Assembly: GCA_048941185.1 (NCBI GenBank)
Contig: JBHLNW010000006.1
Coordinates: 1,115 to 65,114, forward strand
Reading direction: 5' to 3'
DNA from: Promethearchaeota archaeon
GTDB taxonomy: Archaea > Asgardarchaeota > Lokiarchaeia > Sigyniarchaeales > SOKP01
Length of the DNA stretch: 64,000 nt
Shown: positions 47,306 through 57,558 of the stretch, one piece after another
Layout: each line of letters begins with the position of its first letter
How positions within the stretch are numbered: the first letter of the stretch is position 1
Position numbers and translations under genes: made by a program
The notes under the pieces: model-generated
The model's input: the letters and a program-made list of their open reading frames with translations, nothing else
What the model was told of the DNA's origin: nothing
The model's database searches: none

Positions 47306-48829
47306 TTATGATCTACTTTTTACTATTGATTTTTCCAATTCAGCTAACTTTTGTACTGATTTTAGCGGATAATTCCCTGTTAAACATGCCAAGCATAATT
47401 GATTTTCATTCTTTCCAATTGCACTCATTAAATCTTCAATAGATTGATATAATAATGTGTCTGGTCCAATCTCATGTTTAATCTCATCAATATATCTTTC
47501 AGCATAAAGATTTTGAAATCTTCCTGCAATCAATTCACCTTTAGTAGGAAAATCGATTCCCATATAACAGGGGCTAATAATTGGGGGGCAACTTACGCGT
47601 AAGTGTACACGTTTAGCTTCTCCTTTTTCCCTTAATAATGAAACGATTTGTTGTGTTGTTGTTCCTCTCACGATTGAGTCATCTAAAAGAATAACATCTT
47701 TTCCTTTTACAACGTTTTTTATAGGATTTAATTTTTCTTTTACAGCAATTTTACGCTTTCCCTGACTAGGCATTATAAAAGTTCTGTGAACGTATCTATT
47801 TTTCATTAAACCCTCTAAATAGGGAAGTTTAGATTCTTTGGCATATCCTACAGCTACACTTCGTCCTGAATCTGGAACCGGAACAACAATTGCATTTTCT
47901 CTAATTTCTGGATTATTTAAAATGGGATCATTTTTTGCTAAATTCATTCCTAACCTTAATCGTGCTTCTGCTACAGAAACTCCATCAATTATTGAATCTG
48001 GTCTCGCGAAATATACATATTCAAATTGGCATATTGCTGTCCTATTTGTTTTAATTATCATTTCTGAATGTATATCCTTTTGATGGCTTAGATGCACAAT
48101 CTCTCCTGGCTTTACATCCCGTAGGAGTTTTCCTCCAACTACATCTATTGCACATGATTCAGACGCCACTAAATATATATTTCTTTGCTCAGATTTTAAT
48201 TCACCTATACATAAGGGTTTAAATCCTAATGGATCTCTAATAGCATAGATATCTCCTTCAGAAGTCATAAGAATTAGAGAATAAGATCCATCTAATAATC
48301 TACTTGTTAATTTTAATATTTCTGGCCAATCTTCAGTTCCTAATGCTATTGATCCAATTAATTGTGCCATTACTTCAGTATCTGTATCGGTTATAAACAC
48401 ACGCCCCATATTATCCATTTTTTTTTTGATTTCATCAAAATTGGCGATAGTACCATTAAAAGCCATAGAGAACTCAATATCATTGTTTTTAAAGTGAAAA
48501 GGTTGCATATAATCAGTTGATTTATATCCTTTTGCACCTGTAGTTGCATAACGGTTATGTCCGATTCCTACATTTCCCCAATATTGTGATATTATTTTAT
48601 CTTCTAAAACCTTCGAAACTAACCCACCTTTTTTGTAAGTAAAAATTTTTCCACCAGTTTTCAAGATGGATATCCCTGTCGATTCTTGACCACGATGCTG
48701 CAAAGCAATTAGACCTTGATATAAAAGTCTTGAGACAGAATAACCGAGATCATCACAAGTTACACCAAAAATAGCACAATTTTCTCGAGGTTTTTCTCTC
48801 AATTGCGTTCTTTTTTTCCTGATATACAT
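47306..48829 (-). CDS. purF: amidophosphoribosyltransferase (with N-terminal propeptide)
   Basis: ..PREN-CAIFGV nucleophile Cys after a 17-aa leader. RGQESTG and the PRPP loop ILLDDSIVRGTT. Confidence 0.9.
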   Translation of the reverse strand: MYIRKKRTQLREKPRENCAIFGVTCDDLGYSVSRLLYQGLIALQHRGQESTGISILKTGGKIFTYKKGGLVSKVLEDKIISQYWGNVGIGHNRYATTGAKGYKSTDYMQPFHFKNNDIEFSMAFNGTIANFDEIKKKMDNMGRVFITDTDTEVMAQLIGSIALGTEDWPEILKLTSRLLDGSYSLILMTSEGDIYAIRDPLGFKPLCIGELKSEQRNIYLVASESCAIDVVGGKLLRDVKPGEIVHLSHQKDIHSEMIIKTNRTAICQFEYVYFARPDSIIDGVSVAEARLRLGMNLAKNDPILNNPEIRENAIVVPVPDSGRSVAVGYAKESKLPYLEGLMKNRYVHRTFIMPSQGKRKIAVKEKLNPIKNVVKGKDVILLDDSIVRGTTTQQIVSLLREKGEAKRVHLRVSCPPIISPCYMGIDFPTKGELIAGRFQNLYAERYIDEIKHEIGPDTLLYQSIEDLMSAIGKNENQLCLACLTGNYPLKSVQKLAELEKSIVKSRS

Positions 48830-48928
48830 GATATTCGTAAATTTGAGAGAATCAGTTTTTTTATGTTCAAGTAATTTAAATCATATATAATTTTTAATAA
48901 TTAGTTTAATAGATAATTAGTAATTTTT

Positions 48929-49609
48929 TTGAAAAAATTGTCAGATATAAGAGAAAGATCTAAATATCTCGCTATTACAATTTTAATTGGTGGAAAAAGT
49001 TCTCGATTTGGAAGTGATAAAGGACTCTTCCAAATTTTAGGGAAACCCTTAATATCATATGAACTTGAAATATTAGAGCAACTAGATTATGATATTTTTC
49101 TAGTAGCTCATTCTAACGAGCAAGTTCGAAATTATTTAGAAAAGATTAATTTAAGTAATGTAATGGCTTTTATTATTGATAATTATTTGCATGAAGACAA
49201 TGAAAGAATAAAAACTCCTCTGATCGGTTTATATTCTGCTTTTAAAGAACTAAACAAATTAAATTATGAAAAAACATTAGTACTACCTTGTGATACTCCT
49301 TTAATTCAAAAAAATGTCATTAATTTGCTAATTCATGAATCTATAGAATATGATTGTTGCATACCAAGGTGGAATAATGGATTACTCGAGCCTCTTATCG
49401 CTATTTATCCAGTTAAAAAGGCTTATAAACGATCAAAGCAATTACTAGAAGAAAAAAATTACAAACTAATAAATCTTCTCATAAAAAATTGGAAAATTAA
49501 TTATATCTCAATAGAAAATTCTATTCAGCCTCAGGATTTAAAATTGTTCTCTTTTATTAATATTAATGAGAAATCTGAGTTAGATGTGATAAAAACTGTA
49601 ATTGGATAA
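48929..49609 (+). CDS. MobA-like nucleotidyltransferase (molybdenum cofactor guanylyl/cytidylyl-transferase family)
   Basis: LIGGKSSRFGSDKGL and LPCDTPL motifs. TTG start. Confidence 0.6.
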   Translation: MKKLSDIRERSKYLAITILIGGKSSRFGSDKGLFQILGKPLISYELEILEQLDYDIFLVAHSNEQVRNYLEKINLSNVMAFIIDNYLHEDNERIKTPLIGLYSAFKELNKLNYEKTLVLPCDTPLIQKNVINLLIHESIEYDCCIPRWNNGLLEPLIAIYPVKKAYKRSKQLLEEKNYKLINLLIKNWKINYISIENSIQPQDLKLFSFININEKSELDVIKTVIG

Positions 49610-49649
49610 TTTTAGAATAAAAAAAGAAAAAAAGAAAATTTAGTTTTCT

Positions 49650-50144
49650 TTAAAAACCATCAGGACCCATTATTCCACCGATAAATCCTAAGACTCCGCC
49701 ACCTATTAGAAGATATGTACCAATTGAAACATCTCCAATTATAGAACCACCGAGACCAACATGTAATGGAATAATATTACTTACTAATGCATAATCTGCA
49801 AACATGAAAGTAAATTGTCCTGCCTCAAGAGGAATAACATAGTAGATACTTAGTACAAAATATATGCCAGCAACGATAGCAAGTACTGAACCAATTATAG
49901 CTAATGCTCGACTCTTTATACCAATTAATATAAATACTCCTGCTAGCAGAAAAATAATCCAAACAACAGCAAATACTATAAGTAAAGGCTCACCTGATGT
50001 GAAGAAGGCTCCGATGTTCATAATAAATGCGAGACCATATACATATACATCTGGAGCAATATTGAATGTACCAAATGAAAAGAGAAAAGTAGCTAAGAGA
50101 GTTATAATTCCTCCTAAAATGCAGAAAATTTTTCCAGCACCCAT
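49650..50144 (-). CDS. integral membrane protein, hypothetical
   Basis: 164 aa. Gly-rich hydrophobic helices throughout. Confidence 0.4.
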   Translation of the reverse strand: MGAGKIFCILGGIITLLATFLFSFGTFNIAPDVYVYGLAFIMNIGAFFTSGEPLLIVFAVVWIIFLLAGVFILIGIKSRALAIIGSVLAIVAGIYFVLSIYYVIPLEAGQFTFMFADYALVSNIIPLHVGLGGSIIGDVSIGTYLLIGGGVLGFIGGIMGPDGF

Positions 50145-50378
50145 AAATTTACACTTTTGTTTTTGATTTTAATTTTAATTTTAATATTAACTAGATTAAC
50201 ACAAATATATAATATTATACTAATTGCAGCAAAAAAATATTATATAAATAAATTGAGATTGGAAACTAATTATTAATTAAAATAATATATAGGTAATTTA
50301 AAAAGATTGAATTTATATATGTAAAAATTCAAATTATTAAATATATAAAAAATTAAATTTATATAGAAGGTTTAAAAA

Positions 50379-50891
50379 ATGAGTTTTGGGAAATCTTTTG
50401 GTTTCAGTTTGCTTGCTTTTATTGGATTGAACGCTGCCTTTTTCTTTGGAGGTTATGCGCTTAATGGAACATTAATATCATATTTTAATAGTCTAGCAGC
50501 ATCGCCTTTAAATATAATGCTCATCTTTTTTGGTCCGATTATTACTGGCCAATTTCCATATTTATTGACGTCTACGTTTGTTGGTTGGCTATCAGGAATG
50601 CCCATCACAGCGGGAGATATTGTTTTATTCATTGGATATATTGTTGCCCCTATTTTAGCTGCTTTTCTTTCAGGAAGATTTGGGGAAGATAAAAAACAAG
50701 CTTTTTTTGGATGGTTTACAACCGTAATGATTTGTGCTGTTGTTGTTCTTATAGGAGGAGTCATTCAGCTGGTAATACTAGCAGCTCCATTTTCAATTAT
50801 ACTTTCTCAAGCTATTGCAGCTATTGCACTTGGCTTAATTTATGGTCTAGCGTGTGGTAGCATTTCCTTACTTACTGCAAAAGAGTTTTAA
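50379..50891 (+). CDS. integral membrane protein, hypothetical
   Basis: 170 aa. About 5 hydrophobic helices. Confidence 0.4.
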   Translation: MSFGKSFGFSLLAFIGLNAAFFFGGYALNGTLISYFNSLAASPLNIMLIFFGPIITGQFPYLLTSTFVGWLSGMPITAGDIVLFIGYIVAPILAAFLSGRFGEDKKQAFFGWFTTVMICAVVVLIGGVIQLVILAAPFSIILSQAIAAIALGLIYGLACGSISLLTAKEF

Positions 50892-51110
50892 GATAAAAAT
50901 TTTTTAATTTTTTTTTTAATCTTTTTTATTATTTTAAAGCTTTACCGAATGAATTTAGATAAAATAAGTATTTAAATAAAGAGATTTATAAATATATGTA
51001 ATTTTAAAAGCAGTAAGGCCCTAAAATTCCCACATTAAAACCTAAAACGCAATTATAATTAGGTTTATACATAAATAGCAATAATCCAGCAGTTTTCTTT
51101 AAAAAAACAA

Positions 51111-51488
51111 TTAGTGTTCCAAAATTAAATTATCTACAATCTGTTGAATAATTAGTAATAACTGTTGCATTTTAAATGGTTTATCAAGAAATGCGCAGGC
51201 ACCTATTGACTTAGCTTTTTCTTTTACACTAATATCAGCACTAGCGAAAATTATTTTTTGATTTTTGTTCATTTTTAATATTTCTGCCATGGTATCGAGC
51301 CCATTTTTTATCGGCATTCGATGATCCATCAGAATAATATCTGGCTTAATTTTCAATTTATTATATTTCTCAAGTGCAGCTTTACCATTTATCGCGGTGG
51401 CAATAATCTCAAAACCAGCTTCCTTTAATATTAAACTATAAAGCCTTTGAAGAGATTGATCATCATCGACGACAAAAATCTTTATCAT
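51111..51488 (-). CDS. single-domain response regulator (CheY-like receiver)
   Basis: IFVVDDD.., phospho-acceptor context IILMDHRMP, and a downstream K in FLDKP. Confidence 0.8.
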   Translation of the reverse strand: MIKIFVVDDDQSLQRLYSLILKEAGFEIIATAINGKAALEKYNKLKIKPDIILMDHRMPIKNGLDTMAEILKMNKNQKIIFASADISVKEKAKSIGACAFLDKPFKMQQLLLIIQQIVDNLILEH

Positions 51489-51781
51489 AGAAAGATACCA
51501 GAATCTTTTAGTAAAACACCTAATTACATCATTTTAATTTGTAATAACATCCCTAATATCACAACTTTAAACAATCTAAAAGAAGAAAAACTTTTATTTA
51601 AGTTTAAACATAAGTTAAAAAAGTACATCAAAAATACTCTAAAACGTATTTCAGCAATTAGTTTAAAATTTATAATAAATCTTTATAAAAATAATAGATT
51701 CTTTAAAATATTGGATTTATACCAAATGATTTTTCTTACAAAATAGTATTAAATACATAAAATTAACTAAGGAACTATGCA

Positions 51782-53503
51782 ATGAAAGATTTAATAATTA
51801 AGAACGGCCTAGTATATGACCCATTAAATAATCTAGATGGTGTAAAAAAAGATATTCACATTAAGGACGGGATTATAGTAGAAAACGTTAATGGGGATGC
51901 AAAAGTAATTGATGCTTCTGGAATGGTTATTATGCCAGGAGGGGTGGATATTCATTCTCATATCGCAGGAACAAAAGTGAATGCTGGACGCTCATTTCGC
52001 CCTGATGATAAACCGGAAGAATGTAATGAAAAACGTAGTAAATTAACTCGAAGTGGAACTGGTTGGGCAGTACCATCAACATGGGTCACAGGGTATAGAT
52101 ATGCTAGACTTGGTTATACTACCGTTGTTGAACCTGCTATGCCTCTTCTAAAAGCACGTCATACTCATGAAGAGTTTCTAGATACTCCAATCATTGATAA
52201 AGCAGCTTTCCCTTTATTCGGAAACAATTGGTTCGTAATGGAATATGTTAAACAAAAGAATTATGAAAAACTTGCAGCATATATTGCATGGATATTAAAA
52301 GCTGTAAAGGGTTATGCTGTAAAAATAGTTAATCCCGGTGGTGTAGAAAATTGGACTTGGGGTAAAAATGTGAATTCTTTGGATGATCATGTCTTTCATT
52401 TCGAAGTAACTCCTCGGGAAATTGTAGAAAGTTTAGCAAAAGTAAATGAAATATTAAAATTACCTCATACTATTCATGTCCATGCAAATAATTTAGGACA
52501 TCCTGGAAATAAAGAACATACTCTTGAGACTTTTAAGGCTGTTGATAAGATCAAACCAAAAGATGGACGAAAATCTTGTTTTCACTTGACACACTGTCAA
52601 TTTAATGCATATGGAGGTACTAATTGGGGTGATTTCGAATCTGGTGCTACAGATATTGCTGAATATTTAAATTCCCACGATCATGTAACTGTGGATGCGG
52701 GTCAAGTTATTTTTGGTAAAGCTGCTACTACAACCATGACCGCAGACGGGCCATGGGAATTTGCACTTCATCATATAGGAGGTACATCACCATGGGGCGC
52801 AAAGCCAGGCATAAAATGGATAAATGGTCAAGTAGAGGGAGAATCAGGTTCAGGAATCGTCCCATATCAATTTAGTCCAAAAGTTGCTGTAAATGCAGTA
52901 CAATGGGCAGTTGGATTAGAACTTATACTTTTAACTAAGAATCCGTGGCAGATTTTTATGACAACTGATCACCCGAATGGTGGACCATTCACAAGTTATC
53001 CTCAAATTATTCGATGGCTTATGGACAAGAAATCAAGAGACGATGTTCTTTTAAATCAGTGTTCAAAAAAAGCTTCAGAAAAATCTCAACTAAAGGATAT
53101 TGATCGTGAATTAACACTGAATGAAATTAGTATAATTTCTCGCGCAGGTACATCTAAATGTCTAGGGATGACTGATAGAGGTCATTTAGGTGTAGGAGCA
53201 ATTGGAGATGTTGCGATTTATAAATTAGATCCGAAAAAGTATGACGGTAACGATATAGAAAAAGCATTTACTTTAGCAGCATATACAATAAAAGATGGAC
53301 AAATTGTAGTTAAGGATGGTGAGATTACAGCAACTCCAATGGGAACGACTCTATGTGCTGAAGGAAAGGTAAAGGAGAGTGTCATGGAAGCTATGTTAAC
53401 AGATGTTAAAACACATTGGCGCAACCATTATAGTATAAATTTCAATAATTACGAAATTGGTAATTATTATACTCCAAAAATGAAAGTAATGAATGGAACC
53501 TAA
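51782..53503 (+). CDS. fwdA: formylmethanofuran dehydrogenase subunit A-like amidohydrolase
   Basis: MKDLIIKNGLVYDP.. and GGVDIHSHIAG metal-binding start. The ~570-aa length is typical of FwdA/FmdA. Confidence 0.75.
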   Translation: MKDLIIKNGLVYDPLNNLDGVKKDIHIKDGIIVENVNGDAKVIDASGMVIMPGGVDIHSHIAGTKVNAGRSFRPDDKPEECNEKRSKLTRSGTGWAVPSTWVTGYRYARLGYTTVVEPAMPLLKARHTHEEFLDTPIIDKAAFPLFGNNWFVMEYVKQKNYEKLAAYIAWILKAVKGYAVKIVNPGGVENWTWGKNVNSLDDHVFHFEVTPREIVESLAKVNEILKLPHTIHVHANNLGHPGNKEHTLETFKAVDKIKPKDGRKSCFHLTHCQFNAYGGTNWGDFESGATDIAEYLNSHDHVTVDAGQVIFGKAATTTMTADGPWEFALHHIGGTSPWGAKPGIKWINGQVEGESGSGIVPYQFSPKVAVNAVQWAVGLELILLTKNPWQIFMTTDHPNGGPFTSYPQIIRWLMDKKSRDDVLLNQCSKKASEKSQLKDIDRELTLNEISIISRAGTSKCLGMTDRGHLGVGAIGDVAIYKLDPKKYDGNDIEKAFTLAAYTIKDGQIVVKDGEITATPMGTTLCAEGKVKESVMEAMLTDVKTHWRNHYSINFNNYEIGNYYTPKMKVMNGT

Positions 53504-53546
53504 AATTTTTTAATATTTTAGTCTTCTACTGAAAACTAAAGATCTA

Positions 53547-54860
53547 TTAATTTACTACTTTTTTAGCTATTTTAAGAACTTCTTCAGATGATAATGCCAT
53601 TTGAGAAATAGTTTGATAGAAGTCATTAACAAATTGGACTCTTTCCTTTTTTCTCTCTGTTTCTTGTTTAGTTTGAATCTCTTTGATTTTCGTGACAATT
53701 TCTTTCAGTTGGTCTTTATTAGGTACAATTCCATATGGTTTTAATACTTCCTCCAATACTGCTCTGGTGCCAGAAAATTTGCCGTAAACAAACTCGGATT
53801 TTCTTCCTAATAACTTGTGAGGTACAAATTCATATATATGAGGATGTTCAATTACACCATGAGTGTGAATACCACTTTCATGTTTAAAAGCATTCATTCC
53901 ACAAACAGGCTTATTAGGGGGTATAGGAATCCCAGCATATTTAGAGACCATATCACATAATTCAATCAATTTATTATATTGTATTCGTAGCTTTAAGCCA
54001 TAAATAGTCCTTAATGAAACGAAAACTTCTTCTAAGGCAGTATTTCCACACCTTTCTCCAAGACCTAAAATAGTTCCCGAGCATGCTACAGCCCCCTCTT
54101 CTAAACAAGCAAGAGTATTCGCTAAAGCTAATCCGTTATCATTATGAAAATGTAAACCAACATCAAAATTTAATCTGTTTTTAATATTACGATAAAGCCA
54201 TTTTGAAGTTATAGGATTAAAAGCCCCCACTGTATCAGAAATACTAGTACCACCCCAATACTTTCCAGCAACCTCTTTCACACTCTCGATAAACTCAACA
54301 TAATAATTAATTGAAGCTCTACTCACATCTTCCATCCCAAAAATGATGTTTATACCATGATCAGCAGCGTATTCAGTCATTCTTAAACATTGTTCTAGAT
54401 TAGACTCTGGCGTCAAACCCATTTTTGTTCTAATATGAAATTCAGAACAACTAGTAAATATATTGATTACTCTAGCATTTGTTCGAATTGCAGCATCAAT
54501 ATCTTTTTTAATAGCACGTGATAATACATAACAATTGGCATTACTATTGTTTATTATCAATTTGCAAGCATCTTCTTCTTCTTTTGAAACACCGGGAAAT
54601 CCAATTTCACAGAGTTGAATTCCTACTTCTGTTAATAGCTGAACTATTTCAACTTTTTGCTCGGGAGTAAAAACAACTCCTGCCTGTTGTTCTCCGTCTC
54701 TACAAGTACAATCACTAAATATTATTTGAGGTGAAAATTTATAATTTTTAGTTATTTCTTCTACTTCTACAGAATAATTATGAATCCATTCATCTTCATA
54801 TTGTTTCCTATATTCTTCGGGTAATAGTTTCAAAAAGTTTTTTTTATTAATCTTAGGCAT
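53547..54860 (-). CDS. HMGL-like Claisen condensing enzyme (homocitrate / citramalate / isopropylmalate synthase family, short form)
   Basis: DCTCRDGEQ and HFHNDNGLALANTLA motifs. No LeuA-type C-terminal regulatory domain. Confidence 0.7.
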   Translation of the reverse strand: MPKINKKNFLKLLPEEYRKQYEDEWIHNYSVEVEEITKNYKFSPQIIFSDCTCRDGEQQAGVVFTPEQKVEIVQLLTEVGIQLCEIGFPGVSKEEEDACKLIINNSNANCYVLSRAIKKDIDAAIRTNARVINIFTSCSEFHIRTKMGLTPESNLEQCLRMTEYAADHGINIIFGMEDVSRASINYYVEFIESVKEVAGKYWGGTSISDTVGAFNPITSKWLYRNIKNRLNFDVGLHFHNDNGLALANTLACLEEGAVACSGTILGLGERCGNTALEEVFVSLRTIYGLKLRIQYNKLIELCDMVSKYAGIPIPPNKPVCGMNAFKHESGIHTHGVIEHPHIYEFVPHKLLGRKSEFVYGKFSGTRAVLEEVLKPYGIVPNKDQLKEIVTKIKEIQTKQETERKKERVQFVNDFYQTISQMALSSEEVLKIAKKVVN

Positions 54861-55170
54861 ATTATTTACTTTTTTAATAGGTATTTAAATTTTTTTGAGA
54901 AAATGATGCACTTAATCTAATTTAATTTATATCTGTAAGAAATAGACATCAACAAAAATTATTTCTCTTAAATTATGCACAAAATCGAGATTAACTTTAG
55001 CAAATTTTTCAACTTTGTTTTCCTTTCTTTGCTAATAATTGTTTTAATTCATAATATACTAAAATTGAAAAATATTTGAAAGGCATAGTGAAGGATTAAA
55101 TTTACACTAAATTCTAATTTGGGACTGAAATGCATGTATTTATAAAAAAAAAAATTTTGAATAGTAGAAA

Positions 55171-55659
55171 TTAATATCGATTTACAGCAAGACTACTATG
55201 CCTTATATTGTTACCGGCGACTTCAGTAATTACTGATACGCTAATATTATGAACACCTGCGGATAATGTTTGAGCATACTGTAATGCGACTGGATAATAT
55301 TGATAAGTTGCGTCTCCTTGATAAGGTCCAGCGCGTGTAAAAGGTTGAGTTAATCTTACCCCATCAATCCAAAAATAGAAAATCATATCAGCAAAAGTTA
55401 CTGGATCGGGGAGGATTCTGGTGCTGGTCGTAAATAACATATGAACAGTTGCAGGGGCATCAAGATTAACAATCACATACAAATCAGGAATAGTTACATA
55501 TTCTAAGTGTGGTGGCGTAAATATATTTTCGTTGTAGACATACCAGAAGTCTCTTTTTCCTTGATCCATCCATGTAACTATTCCAAAACCGAAACCACCA
55601 GCACCTAATATTAACGCTATTATTCCAAGAATTATTCCACCTTTACCCATCAAAAACAC
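55171..55659 (-). CDS. N-terminally membrane-anchored hypothetical protein
   Basis: Gly-rich TM helix followed by a beta-rich ~120-aa domain. Confidence 0.4.
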   Translation of the reverse strand: MFLMGKGGIILGIIALILGAGGFGFGIVTWMDQGKRDFWYVYNENIFTPPHLEYVTIPDLYVIVNLDAPATVHMLFTTSTRILPDPVTFADMIFYFWIDGVRLTQPFTRAGPYQGDATYQYYPVALQYAQTLSAGVHNISVSVITEVAGNNIRHSSLAVNRY

Positions 55660-56198
55660 TCATACATATAATTTTTAATCGATTTTAATTTTGTAAATAA
55701 ATTATTAGAGTATATTGAAATTATATAATAATAAAAGTTTGTACTAATTATTATAAAGAGAATAAATTTCATTATTTGATTTTATTTTAAAATGGAGAAA
55801 TACATAAAAAAGATATTCAAATTACCTGAATTGATTATATCTATTCTAATATTGATGAAAATACAAGAAATCTAAATTCAAATTATCTTTTTTAGCAAAT
55901 TCTCTATAATAAGTATTAGATTCAATCGCTTCTTTTGTATTATTGCGTTTTAATTATACAAAATCAGTATTTTCGTAATTAGAGTTAATAATATCCTGGA
56001 TTCTTTTATCATCAACACTTCACTTTTAACATTATTGTTCACTTTCGCAATTTTTTTAATCATTTTAATACACATAATAAAGTTTTGGATGTATTTATTC
56101 TATATTTTTATTTAGAAGGAGGTAAAAATTAATTAAGCTAAATTATGATAATACTAATATTATATTTTCGATTGAATTAGGAAAAATAGAGGTTTAAT

Positions 56199-56492
56199 AT
56201 GCAGAATGAAGATTTAATGAAATTATTGGCAGTTCTTGGTGGAATTATAGCGATAATTGAAGCAATTCTAGGGTTTAATGATAGAAATATTGAACCAACA
56301 CGTATAATTTTGCTGGTAATCTCAATTATTATGGCTTCTGTTATCATATTAAGTGTAATTATCCCTCATAAATTCATTGAACTAAATTGGATTATATGTG
56401 CAATCATAGGAATTGTTATGATCGTTTATACTAGTGTAATTGGGGGAATTCTGATATTAATTGCTGGTTTTGTTGGATATACTGTAAGGTAA
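56199..56492 (+). CDS. small 3-TM membrane protein, hypothetical
   Basis: 97-aa ORF preceded by AGAGG. Confidence 0.35.
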   Translation: MQNEDLMKLLAVLGGIIAIIEAILGFNDRNIEPTRIILLVISIIMASVIILSVIIPHKFIELNWIICAIIGIVMIVYTSVIGGILILIAGFVGYTVR

Positions 56493-56520
56493 TAAGATTT
56501 GAAGACTAGAGACAAAAGAT

Positions 56521-56615
56521 TGGAGCCAGTGATGGGATTTGAACCCATGATAAATGGCTTTCTTCCTTAGGAAAGAAGTCTGCAGGCCATCGCCTTACGA
56601 CTCGGCAACACTGGC
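56521..56615 (-). tRNA. tRNA-Cys(GCA) with a ~20-nt anticodon-loop intron and encoded CCA
   Basis: Hand fold gives acceptor GCCAGUG/CACUGGC, D arm GCCG..AGGC, and anticodon stem AUGGC/GCCAU with loop CU-GCA-G. The anticodon is at 56581-56583 and the inserted hairpin at about 56560-56579. T arm is AUGGG-UUCAAAU-CCCAU, the discriminator is U and the 3' end is CCA. Confidence 0.8.
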
Positions 56616-56848
56616 TTATAAATATTAAATTTTAAATTTTATTTTAAAATTTATACTTTTATTATAAAGAAATGTATTTTTGATTTTTTTTTAGGTTTTC
56701 TATTATAGAGATTTAAATTTCAAATAGTTTTAAGATAACCTTCTTTCATATCAAATTTTTAAATCCATGAGTTTAAATTAGCAAAACCGTTTATTAAATT
56801 AGGGATATTAAGGTATTAGAAAATATTTTAGGAATTAAGGGATTTGTT

Positions 56849-57457
56849 TTGAGTAGTCTTTTTTTATTATCGAAAGATCAGATAAAACCAGCAAGTGAAA
56901 TAATTAGTGAAGCATTTTTTCATGATCCTTTAATGTTATATTTTTTTCCAAAGCAAAAAGAGAGAAAAAATAAATTGGAGTCAATGATGAAGCTGTTACT
57001 TCGCATTGGGATAAAATATGGGGTTGTGTATGCTACATCTTCAAAATTAGAGGGGATTTCGATATGGTTTCCTTCAAATAAGGTGAAAATAACTACAATG
57101 ATGGGACTGTTTAATGGAGGATTTTCCTATTTCATTAAATTGGGCAGTAGTGCTATTAAAAGACAGAATAGGTTTTATAATTACATTTCTTCAAAACATA
57201 AAAAACTATTACCTTCAAAATATTGGTATTTATCTATTATTGGCATAAACCCTAAAAATCAAGGAAAGGGTTTATCTCGTGTTTTACTAAATTCAATGTT
57301 TGAGCGGTTTGATGAACAGAATTTACCTTGTGTTCTCGATACGAATAATGAAAAAAATCTGCCAATATATGAGCGATTAGGTTTTAAAATTATCGAGGAA
57401 TACAACGTGCCAGACACTGAAATAGTAAATTGGGCTATGATTAGAAATAAAAATTAA
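56849..57457 (+). CDS. GNAT-family N-acetyltransferase
   Basis: Acetyl-CoA loop NQGKGLSRVLL and the C-terminal YERLGFK motif. TTG start. Confidence 0.7.
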   Translation: MSSLFLLSKDQIKPASEIISEAFFHDPLMLYFFPKQKERKNKLESMMKLLLRIGIKYGVVYATSSKLEGISIWFPSNKVKITTMMGLFNGGFSYFIKLGSSAIKRQNRFYNYISSKHKKLLPSKYWYLSIIGINPKNQGKGLSRVLLNSMFERFDEQNLPCVLDTNNEKNLPIYERLGFKIIEEYNVPDTEIVNWAMIRNKN

Positions 57458-57558
57458 GTATCTCGATTTATTTTCGAGATTTATAGAACTTTAAAGAAAA
57501 AATTAAATGGTTTTGAAATTTAAATTAATCTTGATTAGATTTTTCTTATTCTAATATT

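Noticed and set aside
55660-56198. 540-bp gap without tracked ORFs; possible small gene (27-codon ATG ORF around 55793) or gene remnant
   Set aside because: Only very short, low-complexity ORFs are present. There is no GC-rich structured segment and no recognisable motif, so I treat it as intergenic.
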